Below are positions 1-12,900 of a stretch of 64,000 nucleotides of DNA, in pieces; the first letter of the stretch is position 1, and the number at the start of each line of letters is the position of its first letter. Source of the DNA: Iphione sp. A-MEVVRFRX5 (Eukaryota). The notes under the pieces were generated by a model. The model ran no database searches and was not told the DNA's origin. It worked only from the letters and a program-made list of their open reading frames with translations. A program made the position numbers and the translations under genes. Where the stretch lies: contig OZ320316.1 of NCBI GenBank assembly GCA_976226885.1, positions 85,994,001 through 86,058,000 of the forward strand, in the 5' to 3' direction.

Positions 1-660
1 TGTTGGTCTGTGTGCCCGTCTCGTCCCGCTGAACCACTTCACTCTCGGTGGATGACTCTCCCTCAGTCTTGGGCGCAGCCAGCTCGAACTTACCAGATGC
101 TTTCTTCATAGTGTACATTGTATACAATCAATGCATTAGGAACTCACTTTAAATGAAATTAAGCCTGTTTCAGTGCAGAGGATGACTCGTCTCTCCGACC
201 AGAACTTATCTGTGAAGCAACCTTTGCTATTTCGTGTATTATCAAATGAAATGCGTGTTATGCCGGGCAGAAAATGACTACGCAGAAGCCGTTGAACTGG
301 CCTACATCTGCCATTCACTGTGTGCCTACAGTGTACCTGCTGCCACCGTCTGCAATCATGAACCGGGTCCCTGTGACATTGTTGACAAACCTGAGGGTGG
401 CGCTCACACTACCACCCTCCACGCTTCTGCATGCACAGATGGTTCGGCCCTGTTTACACAGACCATGCTCCGATGGACGCCATCATAAGGAATGGTTCGG
501 AATGCAAATGAAGGCACTCCATTTCTCGCATGGTCTTACAGTAAACAAATTGCAGGTTCATGGTCAGAGCCGGTGTTCATCATTGGTGAGGTGTTGCCTG
601 ACGTATCTATACATTTCTCTGGATTTCCGATGCTAAGTCACAATTTTAAATTCAAAATAA
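1..660 (+). mobile_element. Possible degraded 3' end (ORF2 C-terminus plus 3'UTR) of an L2/CR1-type LINE
   Basis: Positions ~85-140 resemble the R-x-F...IQWNAL end of LINE ORF2 and the nucleotide stretch atacaatggaatgcattagga at ~48768. The downstream 500 bp contains perfect hairpins (e.g. GAGGGTGG/CCACCCTC at ~393-419). No clear tail. Confidence 0.3.
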
Positions 661-909
661 AATGTATGTAGAGAGAAACGATCACTTGACGAGTATCGCA
701 AAAGGATGCAGTAAAGTAATGCTACCAACCGCTCATATTATGAGCAAGTTATCCCAAAATATTTCTGAACAAATACCTTAAAAGTAATTGATAAGCTCTT
801 AACCGATATCTACATCTATATTCTCTATGTGCCCCTTAGTACTCATTTTACACAAACGCCTCCGGCACTGGCATACACACTTACTCTCTGTCTCTGTCTC
901 TCTCTCTGT

Positions 910-961
910 GGGTTTATACCATGAATCAGAGGGTTTATACCGCGAATCGGTGGGTTTATAC
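910..961. repeat. 21-bp tandem repeat, about 2.5 copies
   Basis: GGGTTTATAC recurs at 910, 931 and 952. Confidence 0.8.
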
Positions 962-1265
962 TTTATAAAATTTTCCCCTGATTATTAAACTACATGCACC
1001 TATGTAAAACATTGCCTGAAATATATTCTCTGGGTGTGAGAAAGAGAGAGAGAGAGGGAGAGAGAGCGCTCATAACACTTTCTGCTTACTCATAGATCTG
1101 TGCTACGGGACATAATTATGGACTTAGGGGCAGGACATATAGATTTAGTCGTGGGAAATACGGACTAAGCAGCAGGACAGATGGACTTAGCGACAGGACA
1201 CCCAATGGCAGAGCAGCTTGGCGTGGCATCATCTGGGTCACCATGTCCGGAACTGACAAATTAGA

Positions 1266-1266
<1 letters not shown>

Positions 1267-1316
<50 letters not shown>

Positions 1317-1319
1317 AGA
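1267..1319. repeat. (GA)n microsatellite
   Basis: Direct reading. Smaller GA/CT runs occur at ~885-907, ~1040-1066 and 12821-12836. Confidence 0.95.
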
Positions 1320-2114
1320 CCGATAGATATTACTACACCCAGCTGAATAAAAAATAGTACACATGAATTCAATGATAGTCCTTTTAAATTGACAAAATAT
1401 GTGTTGATCTTCATCTTTCTGAATAATATTCACTAATATGTGAAGGAATTCAATAAATAAATATCTTTCTAAAGTGACATCACTATGAGATCAGACTTCG
1501 CTGGGCACGGACTACTTTCAGGAGACGTTTTAATAGGTAGTGTGATAATCATAGGCCAAATTCTAATTATAGGCCAATTTGCCTTCTGCCCGTTGTGTCC
1601 GAGATTTTCGAAAAGATAGTCTATAGGTAGTTGAATAGTTATTTGGTCGACAGTAAGTTGATGTCTGATTGTCAACATGGATATAGGCCAGCTAAAAGCA
1701 CTGTTAGTGCCATGACAACCTTAGTAAATGATATTTACCTGGCAAATAATCAGAGAAAAATACTTGGAGCAATATTTGTTGATGCACGGAAGGTTCAACT
1801 ACATTTTAATTCAAAATTAACTATTTTAAAAAGGAGTAAGGAAGAACCTAGAGTGGTTCCGAGGCTACTTAACAAAGAGGACTGTGAGAACATTTGCTAA
1901 TGGCATTATGAGTATGAGTCCAGGTTACTTAGTTCAATGTGGGGTACCGCAAGGTCAACCTTGGGGCCCCTTTTGTTCAGTACTTTTATTGATGACCTCC
2001 CTGATGAAATAGATGCTGAGAAAGGGGTATTATACGCTGATGATACCTGTTGTGTATGAAGAGGGCAAGGATACAAAAAGTACAGAAGATCGCCTTCAAA
2101 AGGCTGCGAATAAG

Positions 2115-2204
2115 TTTGAATTTGAATTTGAATTTACCTTTATTCAACAGTCTCCGTACATGGAAAGGACAGAGTTATCAGTAGTTGAATGTTGTTGAGT
2201 TACT
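2115..2204 (-). mobile_element. ~90-bp extreme 3' end of another L2-type LINE inserted antisense into the RT of LINE A
   Basis: The minus strand reads ...AATAAAGGT AAATTC AAATTC AAATTC. Removing it restores RLQKAANKFE/CWCYKNNLTI in the host RT. Confidence 0.75.
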
Positions 2205-2941
2205 GTGCTGGTGTTATAAAAATAATTTGACCATTTTCAAATCAAAGACAGAAGTAGTGCTATTCGATGTGAGGCAGAAGGCAAAGGACAAGGATATTGT
2301 ATGTATGGTTGATGGTACACAGTTGAGGCAGTCTGGAGGGTTATAGATATCTGGGCGTTTATTTAGATTGGAAGCAGACTCTTGAGAATCTTTTAATGTC
2401 ACAATACAAATCAGTGTATATGAAATTATGGTACCTAAACAAAATTAAAAATGAAATTACCAAATCAATAATGACACTAATCATTAAGCCATTTGTTGTA
2501 CCATTGATCAAATACAAGATGCAGATATGTTATGTTAACAATAGGGTATTGAGCAGAATTATGAAAGTTTTTGAATACAGGACAAGCCAACTGCTGAATA
2601 TCAGAAAACATAAGTATTACATATGAATGGTATAGAGGAGCGGCGTGACCAGTACAATATTGTAATGATGTGGGATATCATTAACAGTGCGAGAGAACTG
2701 GCCTCAATATATGAAAACTGAGTGAAAGACAAATACAACAGGAATAAAAAAACAATTATTAATAAATATCAAAAATAATTATTGAGGGTTTTCGAAAATC
2801 TCCAGTACATAACAGTACAATAATTTGGAATAAGCTGTCAGCGGCATTATTACGTGTCAAGGTAAACAAGGTTTAAAAAGTGGGTTAAAACTGTATTATG
2901 ACAAGCTGCGCCAGGAGAATTTCAAGATAAGATAAGGTGGT

Positions 2942-3591
2942 TTGAAACATGTTGAGAAGACTGCCCACAGTTGAGGACATGTGGTTCGAGAGAGAGAAAA
3001 TATGGTATGACCATGGTTAAGGCCATAACATAGTTATATACTCAGGGCTTTGTACATGAGCCTACCATACCATTGGAGGAATGTGGTAGTATGTTTGCAG
3101 CTTCATGTGGGAGATATGATAACTATGTATAGTCTGATACATAAAAGTCTTGTGTGCTTATGAAAATGTCGCCACATGACCACGGTTGAGGATAGTGGAA
3201 TGTAAAGACTACACAAGACATGACATTTTTTTCTTTCTAAAGCACCGTCTGACCACGGCTGAGGGCCGAGGTGCATATGGGGTTGTACATATGAATATAT
3301 ATTGAGGATTTTTCATTATTTGATCAAAATTGAGCATATATGTATACGAATCTATAAGGTATCCAACTCAAGTTTAAATCTACGTTTAAAATTCATGTCT
3401 CAATCATCACTCGACCACGGTTGAGGACAGTGATGTAAATTATTAGAGTTAAATGTGTTTATAGTAACGAATCGTCCTTGTAATACCATCTGTCTACAGT
3501 TGAGTAAGATGGCGCAACAGAAAGAAATAATTTCTAATAGTTTGAAAACCCACAAATGTTAAATCTGAGTCAACCTACATGTTGAAGTGAC
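2942..3591 (+). other. Array of ~10 NTGA-N6-(T/C)TGAG(G)A motifs, most in stem-loops, in the LINE A 3'UTR (putative structured RNA elements)
   Basis: See findings. The core is conserved and the closing stems differ in sequence but remain complementary. Confidence 0.7.
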
Positions 3592-3860
3592 GAAAATACG
3601 ATTATCTGTAGTAGTTGTAACGAAGTAAGAATTCCATTACATTAAACTCATATCGTTTTGTCAACCTGCACCAAGATCTGAAGTCCATATGGTGTATAGT
3701 CACCTTCAGTAATAAAGAATACCAATACCAATACCAATAATCTGTTGAATCTGTTTTTCTGGTCTCCCTTGATGGGGACACAAACCAGCCCCTGTCTCTT
3801 ATCTTCGCTACTTGTCATTTCCAATGGAATCAAATGGACGCAACCTTAAGGTAATACTTA

Positions 3861-4190
3861 GGCCTAAAAAAAGTTCTGTGTTTCCGGGTAACATGTTAAA
3901 AAAATAAAGGGTAAGTAGGTCGGTGTTTTTTAATTTTTTTTTCATTTTTTTCAATGTTAATTATTCCTTAAAGTTACATATGTATATAGTAATATAGGTT
4001 CTACTGCTCAGAAAAAACTTATAATAAATAAAAGCTAATGATCCGAGAAACAAAATGGTGTATAGCACATGTCTCTATGATTATTGATTTCAAAGGTATT
4101 AACAAAAACACAATAAAATAAAATGTTCTAGTAGGACAAAAACCAGGGTCAGTCGGGTTACCGGAAACACAGATATTTTTTGTTTAGGCC
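3861..4190. mobile_element. PIF/Harbinger (Tourist-like) MITE
   Basis: TIRs GGCCTAAAAAAA..CTGTGTTTCCGG / CCGGAAACACAG..TTTAGGCC, with a TTA duplication on both sides. Confidence 0.8.
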
Positions 4191-4808
4191 TTACATCGTG
4201 AATTCTTCTCGACAGATTTGTGATAGAAACAAACGATGTCACCATTTTGAGGGTTAATCAGAATCCGATCATTTAAGACCCTCACATAATCTGGACACTC
4301 CGGAAGGGTCAAGGTAAATGAAAAATGAGCAGTAAGAGGTTTCTAGACCAGACAGGTGCGAGGATACAGGAGTGCCAACCTAAGAGAAAATGCACAAAGC
4401 ATGGCAAATAATCCATGAAAACTGTAGACCATAGCAAAATAATGAAAGTAGAACGACATGGCAAATGATGCATGGAAAGCCGCATAACGCAGAAAATAAC
4501 TCATGAAAAACAGTCTGTGTGGACACACATATATACAGGCGCTGCCCAGCGAGTGCAAACCAAGTTGAGCACTGATCAAAGGCTCTTGTAGAAATTGGTT
4601 GTTCTAGATATCTCACTATGCGGATACATTAACATCAGACCGGTTCGTCACTGGATTAGTGAGGTTCAACTGTACAGTGAGAATCCTGACAATATCGGCA
4701 CGTTAGTTTCAAAGATAAATCAACCGCGATGGACCTTGGACTGCCTAGATGATACCATTCGACTGCTAACCAACACATTAGCCTTCTATTCTTTTGTGTA
4801 ATGGCTTA

Positions 4809-5408
4809 TGCCCAGTTTCTAAGACGTTTTTTTAATCCGGATTAACCTATATCTGCATTAGCAGGGGGTTAAACCTGGTACCAGGACATACTTTTTTAGA
4901 TTTAGATCAACTTAACTCACCAAATTTGTGGGGTTAACCCTCTTTTTTGCCATTTTCAGTGTGTCAACCCAGTTACAACAAAGACAAATGGTAAAAGTTG
5001 TGTCATCCCTACCCATTCTTTCGGTTGTTTCCTAGATATAAGCAAAATGACACATTTACTAGCATTCTTTCTCTCAAAAAAGCATCACAACAATTGTTTA
5101 CTTGATGTTGTTTATGTAGACTGGTACCCTATCCACAGGCCCATCCCTCATAAATAACAATTTGATTTACCTCCAGTAAACAATATCATGTTTATTTCTT
5201 TTGGTAGAGAAAAATGATAATATATTCCAAATGACACAGATGTGTGTTTCTGTGCATATTTTGTTAATTATCATGTAGTTTTAGTAAACATTTGATATGA
5301 AAAAGTCTGATTAAAATTTTCAAGAAGCAATATCCACCAAACTGGAGTTAACTCCAGACTTAACCCCGACCTTAACTCCAGTAAGTAAAACGTCATAGAA
5401 ACTGGGCA
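4809..5408. mobile_element. PIF/Harbinger-type MITE (600 bp)
   Basis: TIRs TGCCCAGTTTCTAAGACGTTTT / AAAACGTCATAGAAACTGGGCA, with TTA at 4806-4808 and 5409-5411. Confidence 0.8.
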
Positions 5409-7556
5409 TTAGTCATATATTTTTGTCGGTAAAGATCAATTGTACACGTCTTTTGGCGTTTTCCCAGAGTGTAGGGTCTCAGCTCAAGGTACATGCTTGG
5501 TCAACAATTTCAATACCACGCCAGGAAAGTTGACATTTCTGATGGATATTGTCTGTCTATTTAGTAGCCGCAATTAAGTGATTAAAGACGGATTGTATTG
5601 TTGATGTAATCATCATCCTACTATCCAAGCGAATTCATAATTAATGGAGGAAAACATTTACAAGTTAAGTTAACTGTGAGTCTTTCACCAACCTGATATG
5701 ACCGCAACATGAGACTCTACGGTAATTCGTTATATTCTGTCGTTGTCTTTCACTCTGGTGCTATGTAGTTTCGATATCTTGAGTTTGAGACACTCCTAAG
5801 TCGTCTTTCCTTTGGTGCCCAAGGCTATTATTATTACAAATGTGGCCGGAGGCTGTACTGGCACTGACTGGGAACCGGGCGGAGCCTGTACTGGCTCTAC
5901 CCTGAGCTCGGGTGAGCTACCCAGTTCTGGGATGGGAGAGTAAAATGTACATAAGCAAACACTGATGGAGTTGAGTTGTAGGTGACTTTTATTCGTTCAG
6001 CCATAAACATCTTAAACTGACCTCAGCTATGGCTCTTCCACAGGGGCAAACACTATTCTGTTTTTTTCAGCTGGTAATAGGGATAAAAATAATTTTCAGA
6101 ATCAGCATGTCCTGGTATATTGGATAGAGAAACTCGTCTTCATGTATATTCCCAAAATACAAGTTAGGGGATGACATATGTGATGATATTAACGACTTTA
6201 CTATACAATCAAGTGACCTTGCCTAGGCATGTATATCCACAATGTTCTTGTTGAATATGACATAATACAATTTTATTCTAGGACTACGTCCTGCTCATCG
6301 TCATATTACTTGATGGTAATGTAGATATTCTCGATGCATTATCTAATAATAGGACCACTCCCTGATATATGGTATAACTACACATAATTGTCCTTTTTGC
6401 GTTATGCTACCGGCAACAGTCTTCATTATAGCCGTGTCAGGCAATACACACTATCAGGAACAGGCCCAATATAAGAATCTGCTATTATTGATGCGTCTGT
6501 CCATTTTCAGATAACACAGTTAGGACCACGGCCTAGATCATAAAATTGACCCATTAAATTGATATCAAATCAGTGACAATAGGCAAGTTATTTCGGTAAC
6601 AAATCGCAGTAAATTTAATATGGGAAATTCTGAAACATACTTTACAACCAATGTCTCGATTTATTTAAGGAATGTAGTGCTTTGCAGCGACTTTTATTTG
6701 TTTTAACAGAGTAATGTGTTTCAGTTACAGATAGCTCCCTCCATAGTATTTGGGATCTTTAGTTTGGAGAATTTCAAAAGGTTTCTTCTTAAGCCACGTC
6801 ATCTTAATCTCTTTTCCCTATGTCTGGTTATTGAACTACCAATGATTGCTGAACGGCCCATATCATGCATAGGAGTCCCCTTTTCCTTTTCATTGCATCA
6901 AGAACTTCCTGTCTAGTTGGAAGGAGCGCGGGATAGAAGGCAGTTCTGTACCATACGCATGTTCTTCTAAGGGCAATCTCTTTGTCCATATTTCATAGGA
7001 TATAGATTACATAGAATATACTAAAGTATTAGCCTCTGTTCATACTCTTTAAAGAATGGAATCGGCTACATGCAAAACATTTTCACCAAATCAACATAAT
7101 TATAATCAGCTAGACTTCAGTCTCATGTGCCACATTACCACATTTCAAATGACAGGAGTCCACTATAATAGACTTCTAAGGTAGACGGGTCCTGTTGTAT
7201 TTCAAATGTTACTTCACAATTTTATTCATTACTGTTACCAAGCAGCAATAGTTTGTTCTCCCCTCCATCCTGAGTTCCCACTCAACTGTCACAAGATTCT
7301 CTCAAATCAATAGTCCTTTACTGGGAGTGCGATGATAAATGATACTTTGGTACTGCTTCAGGGTTAATTAGCTTCTGATGTGGTCTTTGAGCTGGGATAA
7401 TAATGAATGTTGGGTAATTTTATTTAAGTAATGGCCCCGTACTGTTGATCGTGTGGAGTGAACTATCAATAAACGTAGATTATTCCACTGAAAGTTGGTA
7501 ATTGCAAATATCAAAATATTCCATTTGGGTTTATTGGTCATGCTGTTGACGTGTTG

Positions 7557-7874
7557 TGTAGAGTATGGACATCTTCCCCTGGTGCAGATGGCAGATGATG
7601 TGCGGCAGATGGCATGCTGAGCATGTGCGGCAGGCAGAGTGCAGAGTGCTGCAGGCAGCATGTGGCAGATAGGGGGCAGCACCAGGGGAGGGGCAGGGTG
7701 TGTCAGGACCCCCCAGGGAGTAGGCTGGGCTATATAAGAGCTGCTTCTGGAGGGGCCCAGTCTGTCTGAGATTTGGATGGGTTACGGTACAGTTGTTCTC
7801 TCTGTGTTACTTCAGCAATAAAGTTTTATCATTACATTGCAGTTATGTCTTTCTTTCGTAGCAGCGTTGCTACA
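7557..7874 (+). mobile_element. Solo LTR (Gypsy-like, 318 bp)
   Basis: TGTAG...CTACA termini, a 4-bp GTTG duplication (7553-7556 and 7875-7878), an internal TATATAA box (~7731) and AATAAA (~7817). Confidence 0.8.
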
Positions 7875-9467
7875 GTTGATTTTTTAATCTTCTTAAATGT
7901 GAGATAATGACATGCTTGACCACATATTCAATGTATGCTTCATCATACCTTCCGGCAACTTTGCCTGAATGCTATACTTGTCGGAAAATGTATTATGGAG
8001 GGAGAAATGTTCATATTTCCCGTTAGCAGTTGCTTTTAATATCTCATATCTCTGGTAAATACAGATGTTTAACAGAACACTTAAAGTTTATGCAGCTTTA
8101 ATTAACTCTACATTATTACATTAACAAATCATTGTCTTTGATAATGCCATACATCACTTTCAGTTTTATTATATATACAATTGAAGCCCTATTACTGAAT
8201 ACATCGATTTCCGACCAAATTGGCGAATGCAACCATTTGTGCTTGGAACAGAAGTGCTGCCTAGACTTAATCAATGTGTCTAGTCATAGATTTCCCACCA
8301 TATCAATTTCTAACCGATTTCAGCCTCCTCCTATAGGGCCAGTTCTATTTTGTTTTAATATAGATTTCTGACTGTTTACAGAGGTGTTAGCATGACCACT
8401 CCTCCCTAAACAGAATGTTTCAAGGGTTATTCATAGTCTAAGGTGCAACCGGAGGTGTGAGGGTGGCCAGTCATCCCTCAACAGAATATTTCAAGAGACA
8501 TTTTAAGGTGCGACTAAAATTGTGAACTGAGGTGTGAATCTATTTCAAACCATTCTTGCTCTTCCAACCATTTGAGCTTCGGTTGGGGTGGTGGTCGCAA
8601 ATAGAGTTTCAACTGTACATATGTAAACGTAGAAGAGAACATTGCCTGATGATCATCCCGCTTGCAAATAAATGCTTTCCTTACTTGTTTTTCTACTCAT
8701 AGATTACGGCTTCAATCTTTAGTTCAAGCCTGAATCAGGTTTAATTTTATGACGTTTTGACACGTTTTCTAGCCGACACAGACATCTTTGAAATGGTTAA
8801 CAGAGCCATTGTTTTCAGTCAAAAGAAAAGATTTGGTATGGGATTCGGAGGTTAACGTATAAGGACAAATAGAATCATACATCTATTCACTATATCCTGT
8901 TTATATACCTCCCTAGGGGCATCGACCGTTTCAATCTCATTAACTTAATAGTTAAGTAAGTAAAATCCAATGATTAATAGTGAACCCAGATTATTACCAC
9001 TCTCTTGTATATAAAACGTACTAAAATTGTCTTAACATATGATAGTATTCTCTCAAGATCTAATCGGATTCATGATGCCATCAGTTCAATCATAAATATA
9101 TACCCTCATGCTGCGATGGGTTTGCAAAAGTACACAAATTTGCCCCACAGTGGGAATGCATTAGTTCACTGTGTTGTCAATAAAAGGGCAAGACAATAAA
9201 TGCTTATAAAATGTAGCGCACGAGAAAATCACAATGAAAGTTAGCTTATGATTTACTTTGCGACATACAAATGTCTCAGAACGGTAGGTGTCGTCACTTT
9301 ATAATTATATTCGATAGATATTCATGTGTTTTCGAAACTCCCTAGAACTCATTTAAGCCCAAAGTATGGAAACCGTGATACATTTTGGATGAAGCATATA
9401 CGGTCAACTCTCGCTTAGGAGACAACCTGTGTGACTAGGGAAATCAATACATGTACTTTAATGGTAA

Positions 9468-9790
9468 GGCAAAAAATAGGTGTGTTTCTGGAAACCCACC
9501 CCTACCTAGTCAAACCTCACCCTACCTAAAGATATTTTTGCCCCAAAGAGTTTTCAAGGCTGAAGACATGTTTTCATAGCACATGTTTTTGGTAAATTCA
9601 ATTGAAAAACAACAAAACCCATTGAAATTCACCAAAAACCTGTAAAACACATACTGATTGGTCAAACTCTTCATACTGTCTTTATTATTATTGAAAACCA
9701 GAGGAAGAAAGTGGTAAAAATAGAAAAAAGATTACCCCCCTACCTACGTTTTTGGCTGGTCATTACCAGAAACACACCTATTTTTTTGCC
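9468..9790. mobile_element. PIF/Harbinger (Tourist-like) MITE, related to 3861-4190
   Basis: TIRs GGCAAAAAATAGGTGTGTTTCTGG / CCAGAAACACACCTATTTTTTTGCC, with a TAA duplication. Confidence 0.85.
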
Positions 9791-9900
9791 TAACAAGAAG
9801 AAATGTTAGCTCTTTATACTTGTTCGAAGAAATTCGTTATTATGATGGATTATTATTCGCTATTAATTGTTCATTACGATGGGTTACAGATGATAGATTT

Positions 9901-12900
9901 TTACAGAAGTTTCCCACACTTTCCCGGGTCCTTATATAATATTTTCCCCATGGGCTCCATGCGGTACGCTTCTATCCAAATATCAGATAGACAAACTGCA
10001 CAATGGAACCTAAAATAGATTGCCAGTGGACCGGTTACGCTGACAATGACGGACCAACCAAGTTGGCCATAGTAGCTGTAAAAGATGCTGAAACGATGCA
10101 CCATCTTCATTTCAAATGTACTGATCAGCCACAGGGCTATATTAAGCAGCAACAAGAACGTAACAAAGGACCGACCCGGCTTTTTGGCAATGTGGTCCTT
10201 GGAAACGCTGCGACGGTGAAGACCATCGATAATGAAGGCCGTCAGGAGGGTAACTTGAAGAAAATTAAGGAAGCAGGAAGCGGACACCATTCGGCTCGAT
10301 CGGGTAATATAGGTGTCATCAGCGCTTATCTTCGCTATAGCCGCGACAACACTGAATCCATCAAGCAGGTAAGTGCCAAACAACGCCAGGATCAATAGGT
10401 TCTGATCCAGCAGGTCATGTGAGATATCACTGAAATGGAGCTTCATGATCTGCCAATAGGTGGGTACCAGGGTAACAAGCGTGAGCGTTTTCACGACAAG
10501 GTCGCTGCTGACATAAATGGCACCTACGGTGTGATCCATGCCTTGCTGGGTGGATAAATACAAGTAGAAACAAACGCCTATGGCCACAGCAATAAGCACG
10601 GATAACCCCATAAACAGACCCGTGTTTGCTTTGGAACACTCAATAGCCCGCGATTGCTTATCCTCCTGAGCAGGGTCGCCTTCACGATCTGATGCACGTC
10701 TTGCAGTCTTGACACGAGCTTCGTAATATTTAACCGGACCAACAGAGAAATGCATACGATACAGGATGGCGGCAGACAGCAGTGAATATTCTATGATGAA
10801 GGGAAACAAATACGGCGAGGCCACTGTGGACAACGTATTGGGGAACGCAATGCAGACGGCCGCGCTGTAGGCGCTATCGTTGTCTAGTCAAAAGAAAAGA
10901 AAGTGGAATTAAGGGAAGCATTAATAATGTGTGAATCTGGCGCTTAGATGTTCTAATGATCTGCTGCAAGACTAGACATACGAAGAGGTTCTCCTGTATG
11001 CATTTCTTCCCTAAATATTGCAGAGTGATTTGAGAATTGTGAAGGTGTAAATGTCATATGGTGGAAGATTGGTAACGAACCTGTTCTGTTTGAGTTTGAA
11101 TCCGTGCCATTTGTAGCCACGTCTCTTTTCTCTTGGTGATGTATACTGTGATTGTACGCCTCGACAGCTTCAATAACCACCATTGTCGCCCATGTCGCCA
11201 AATTCGTGGCAACATTGTGGAGAAGACCAAATTTGACCAGCGCTTTATGAACATTAACACCAGCCTAGAAGAGAAACTTAAAATAATATGTAACAAGAGG
11301 ACGACCGAAGGTTCAGATAATGAAGATAAGCATGCACACACAGTCTTACATATCATTATTTCAATATTCATGCAATGTACGCCCATGTATATGCATTGAA
11401 AAGTTTAACGAGAGATCCTGGCCATAATATTCTTGTATGGAAGATAATACATGCATACATTTGACCTATCTTATATAGGTACGATCTTTTTATCATAATT
11501 AATAGCATTTCAAACTGTGACATTAATGTAGGGTGAAATTTTATTTACACAATACATGTCAAGGTTAAACCCCTTTTACTCTCCCCGACTATTTACAGTA
11601 GAGACTCAGTTAACAACCAATCCACAGTGGAGACCAAACGGGAGGAGTGAGCAAGAATTCTAAAACTAAATGATTCATTTTCCTATAATGAGACTAGGTC
11701 AAATGGGACCACATGGTAAGAGACACCAAACTTGGCCAGTCCAAGCTTGGTCTTCTATGTGAGTCTCAACTGTAAATGTGTATGTGCAATTTATATTGTC
11801 TAGGAACTTGCTACGGACCTAACGAAATAACGGACAAAGGTTGAGTTGGAAAACAAAGCGCTTTACATACCGAGTGATACTTGAAGAGGGAAAAGGTCTG
11901 CACCATTACAAACACAAGCCTGAAGGCAACGGCTGCTAAATGAGCTGAGCCATAGCACTCCCACATGGCATGCATCTGAACGAACTCTACCAGGCGCACT
12001 CCGTCTAGCAGCACACCTCCCAGACCGAACGCTGGCCAGTCGCAACACACAAGTCAAGCTTAACTAAATGTGAGATGCCCTCGGGTCACAAAGTTTTATG
12101 TCTTCATTTAATTAGTCATAAAGTCGACCCACTAGACACAATGACGCCGAAGCAGTTATCCGTTTTCGGGAAAAATGACTACAAACTGCTTAGATAATTA
12201 ATACGAAAGACGATATTGTAAAATCTGTGACATACCAATAAGCCCCATGCGTAGAAAGAAGTTCACCCCGTCAAGAGTTTCGTATATTGCAGGTAATTTT
12301 ATTGTAGACAATCGCTCCTCATGTTCATTAGTTTTATTTCCACTTGAAAAATCGTCATCCGTTGCTTTCTGACTTTCATTTAATATTTGATTATTTCCGT
12401 TGACGCCTTCATCTCGATCACAAATGGCTTCCGGTGATTCGTTTTCTATTTCTTCTTTCTTCCGAAATAACAGGATGAAGTATACGAAGAAAACAGTCCC
12501 ACCAATGTATATATAGAAGTGAAATATCTGTGAAGAAAAGATAGATGTGACGATAAAAACTATATTTGAATCGGGTAACAGATTGAAATAAAAGATGTTT
12601 TATGGAATACGATTTTTCGTAAATTGATGTCACGTAGGCCTATCAATCAAAAACTTCAAATAAAATTGTTCAATATTGACAATAACTTACGGCTAAGTGT
12701 ACGCCGTGTTTCCTGAAGTTTCCACCAGACAGAAATATGGCAATTGGCAGGACAATTCCCAGTGCGACAAGTAGGAGAGCATATAAATGAGAGAACACCT
12801 CGATCATAAATCTCCTGGAAAGAGAGAGAGAGAGAGTCTACCGCAGTATTTCAGCTGTTCAATTAATAGTAAAAAAATACTCAATTGCCGCCTAGGCTAG

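Larger units (their letters stand above)
1455..3741 (+). mobile_element. 5'-truncated, degenerate CR1/L2-group non-LTR retrotransposon (LINE A): RT domain, C-terminus, ~800-bp 3'UTR and (ACCAAT)n tail
   Basis: Frameshifted RT motifs in order: YRPI..LPVVSEIFEK, CQHGYRPAKST, GVPQG.TLGPLLF, LYADDT (~2030-2045), YLGVYLD, KLWYLNKIK, WNKL (~2826). The end reads AATAAA (3711) GAAT ACCAAT ACCAAT ACCAAT. Confidence 0.9.

Noticed and set aside
1116-1433. 105-aa ORF, and similar ORFs at 36448-36716 and 48977-49413
   Set aside because: They are artefacts of microsatellites (LSLSLS, IYIYIY, ERERER).
2322-2340. CACAGTTGAGG match to the UTR motif inside the RT region
   Set aside because: It lacks the upstream GA box and a closing stem and is explained by coding sequence (DGTQLRQ); treated as chance.
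2942-3591. Hammerhead ribozyme or snoRNA gene interpretation of the hairpin array
   Set aside because: There is no CUGANGA..GAAA three-way junction, and no terminal box C/box D pair with guide regions; only the internal D'/C'-like geometry is present.
10003-10398. 131-aa plus-strand ORF, and similar ORFs at 16485-17087, 43909-44361, 59668-60796 and 60043-60459
   Set aside because: These are antisense or alternate-frame shadows of otopetrin, LINE or CNBD coding sequence, with no independent motifs.
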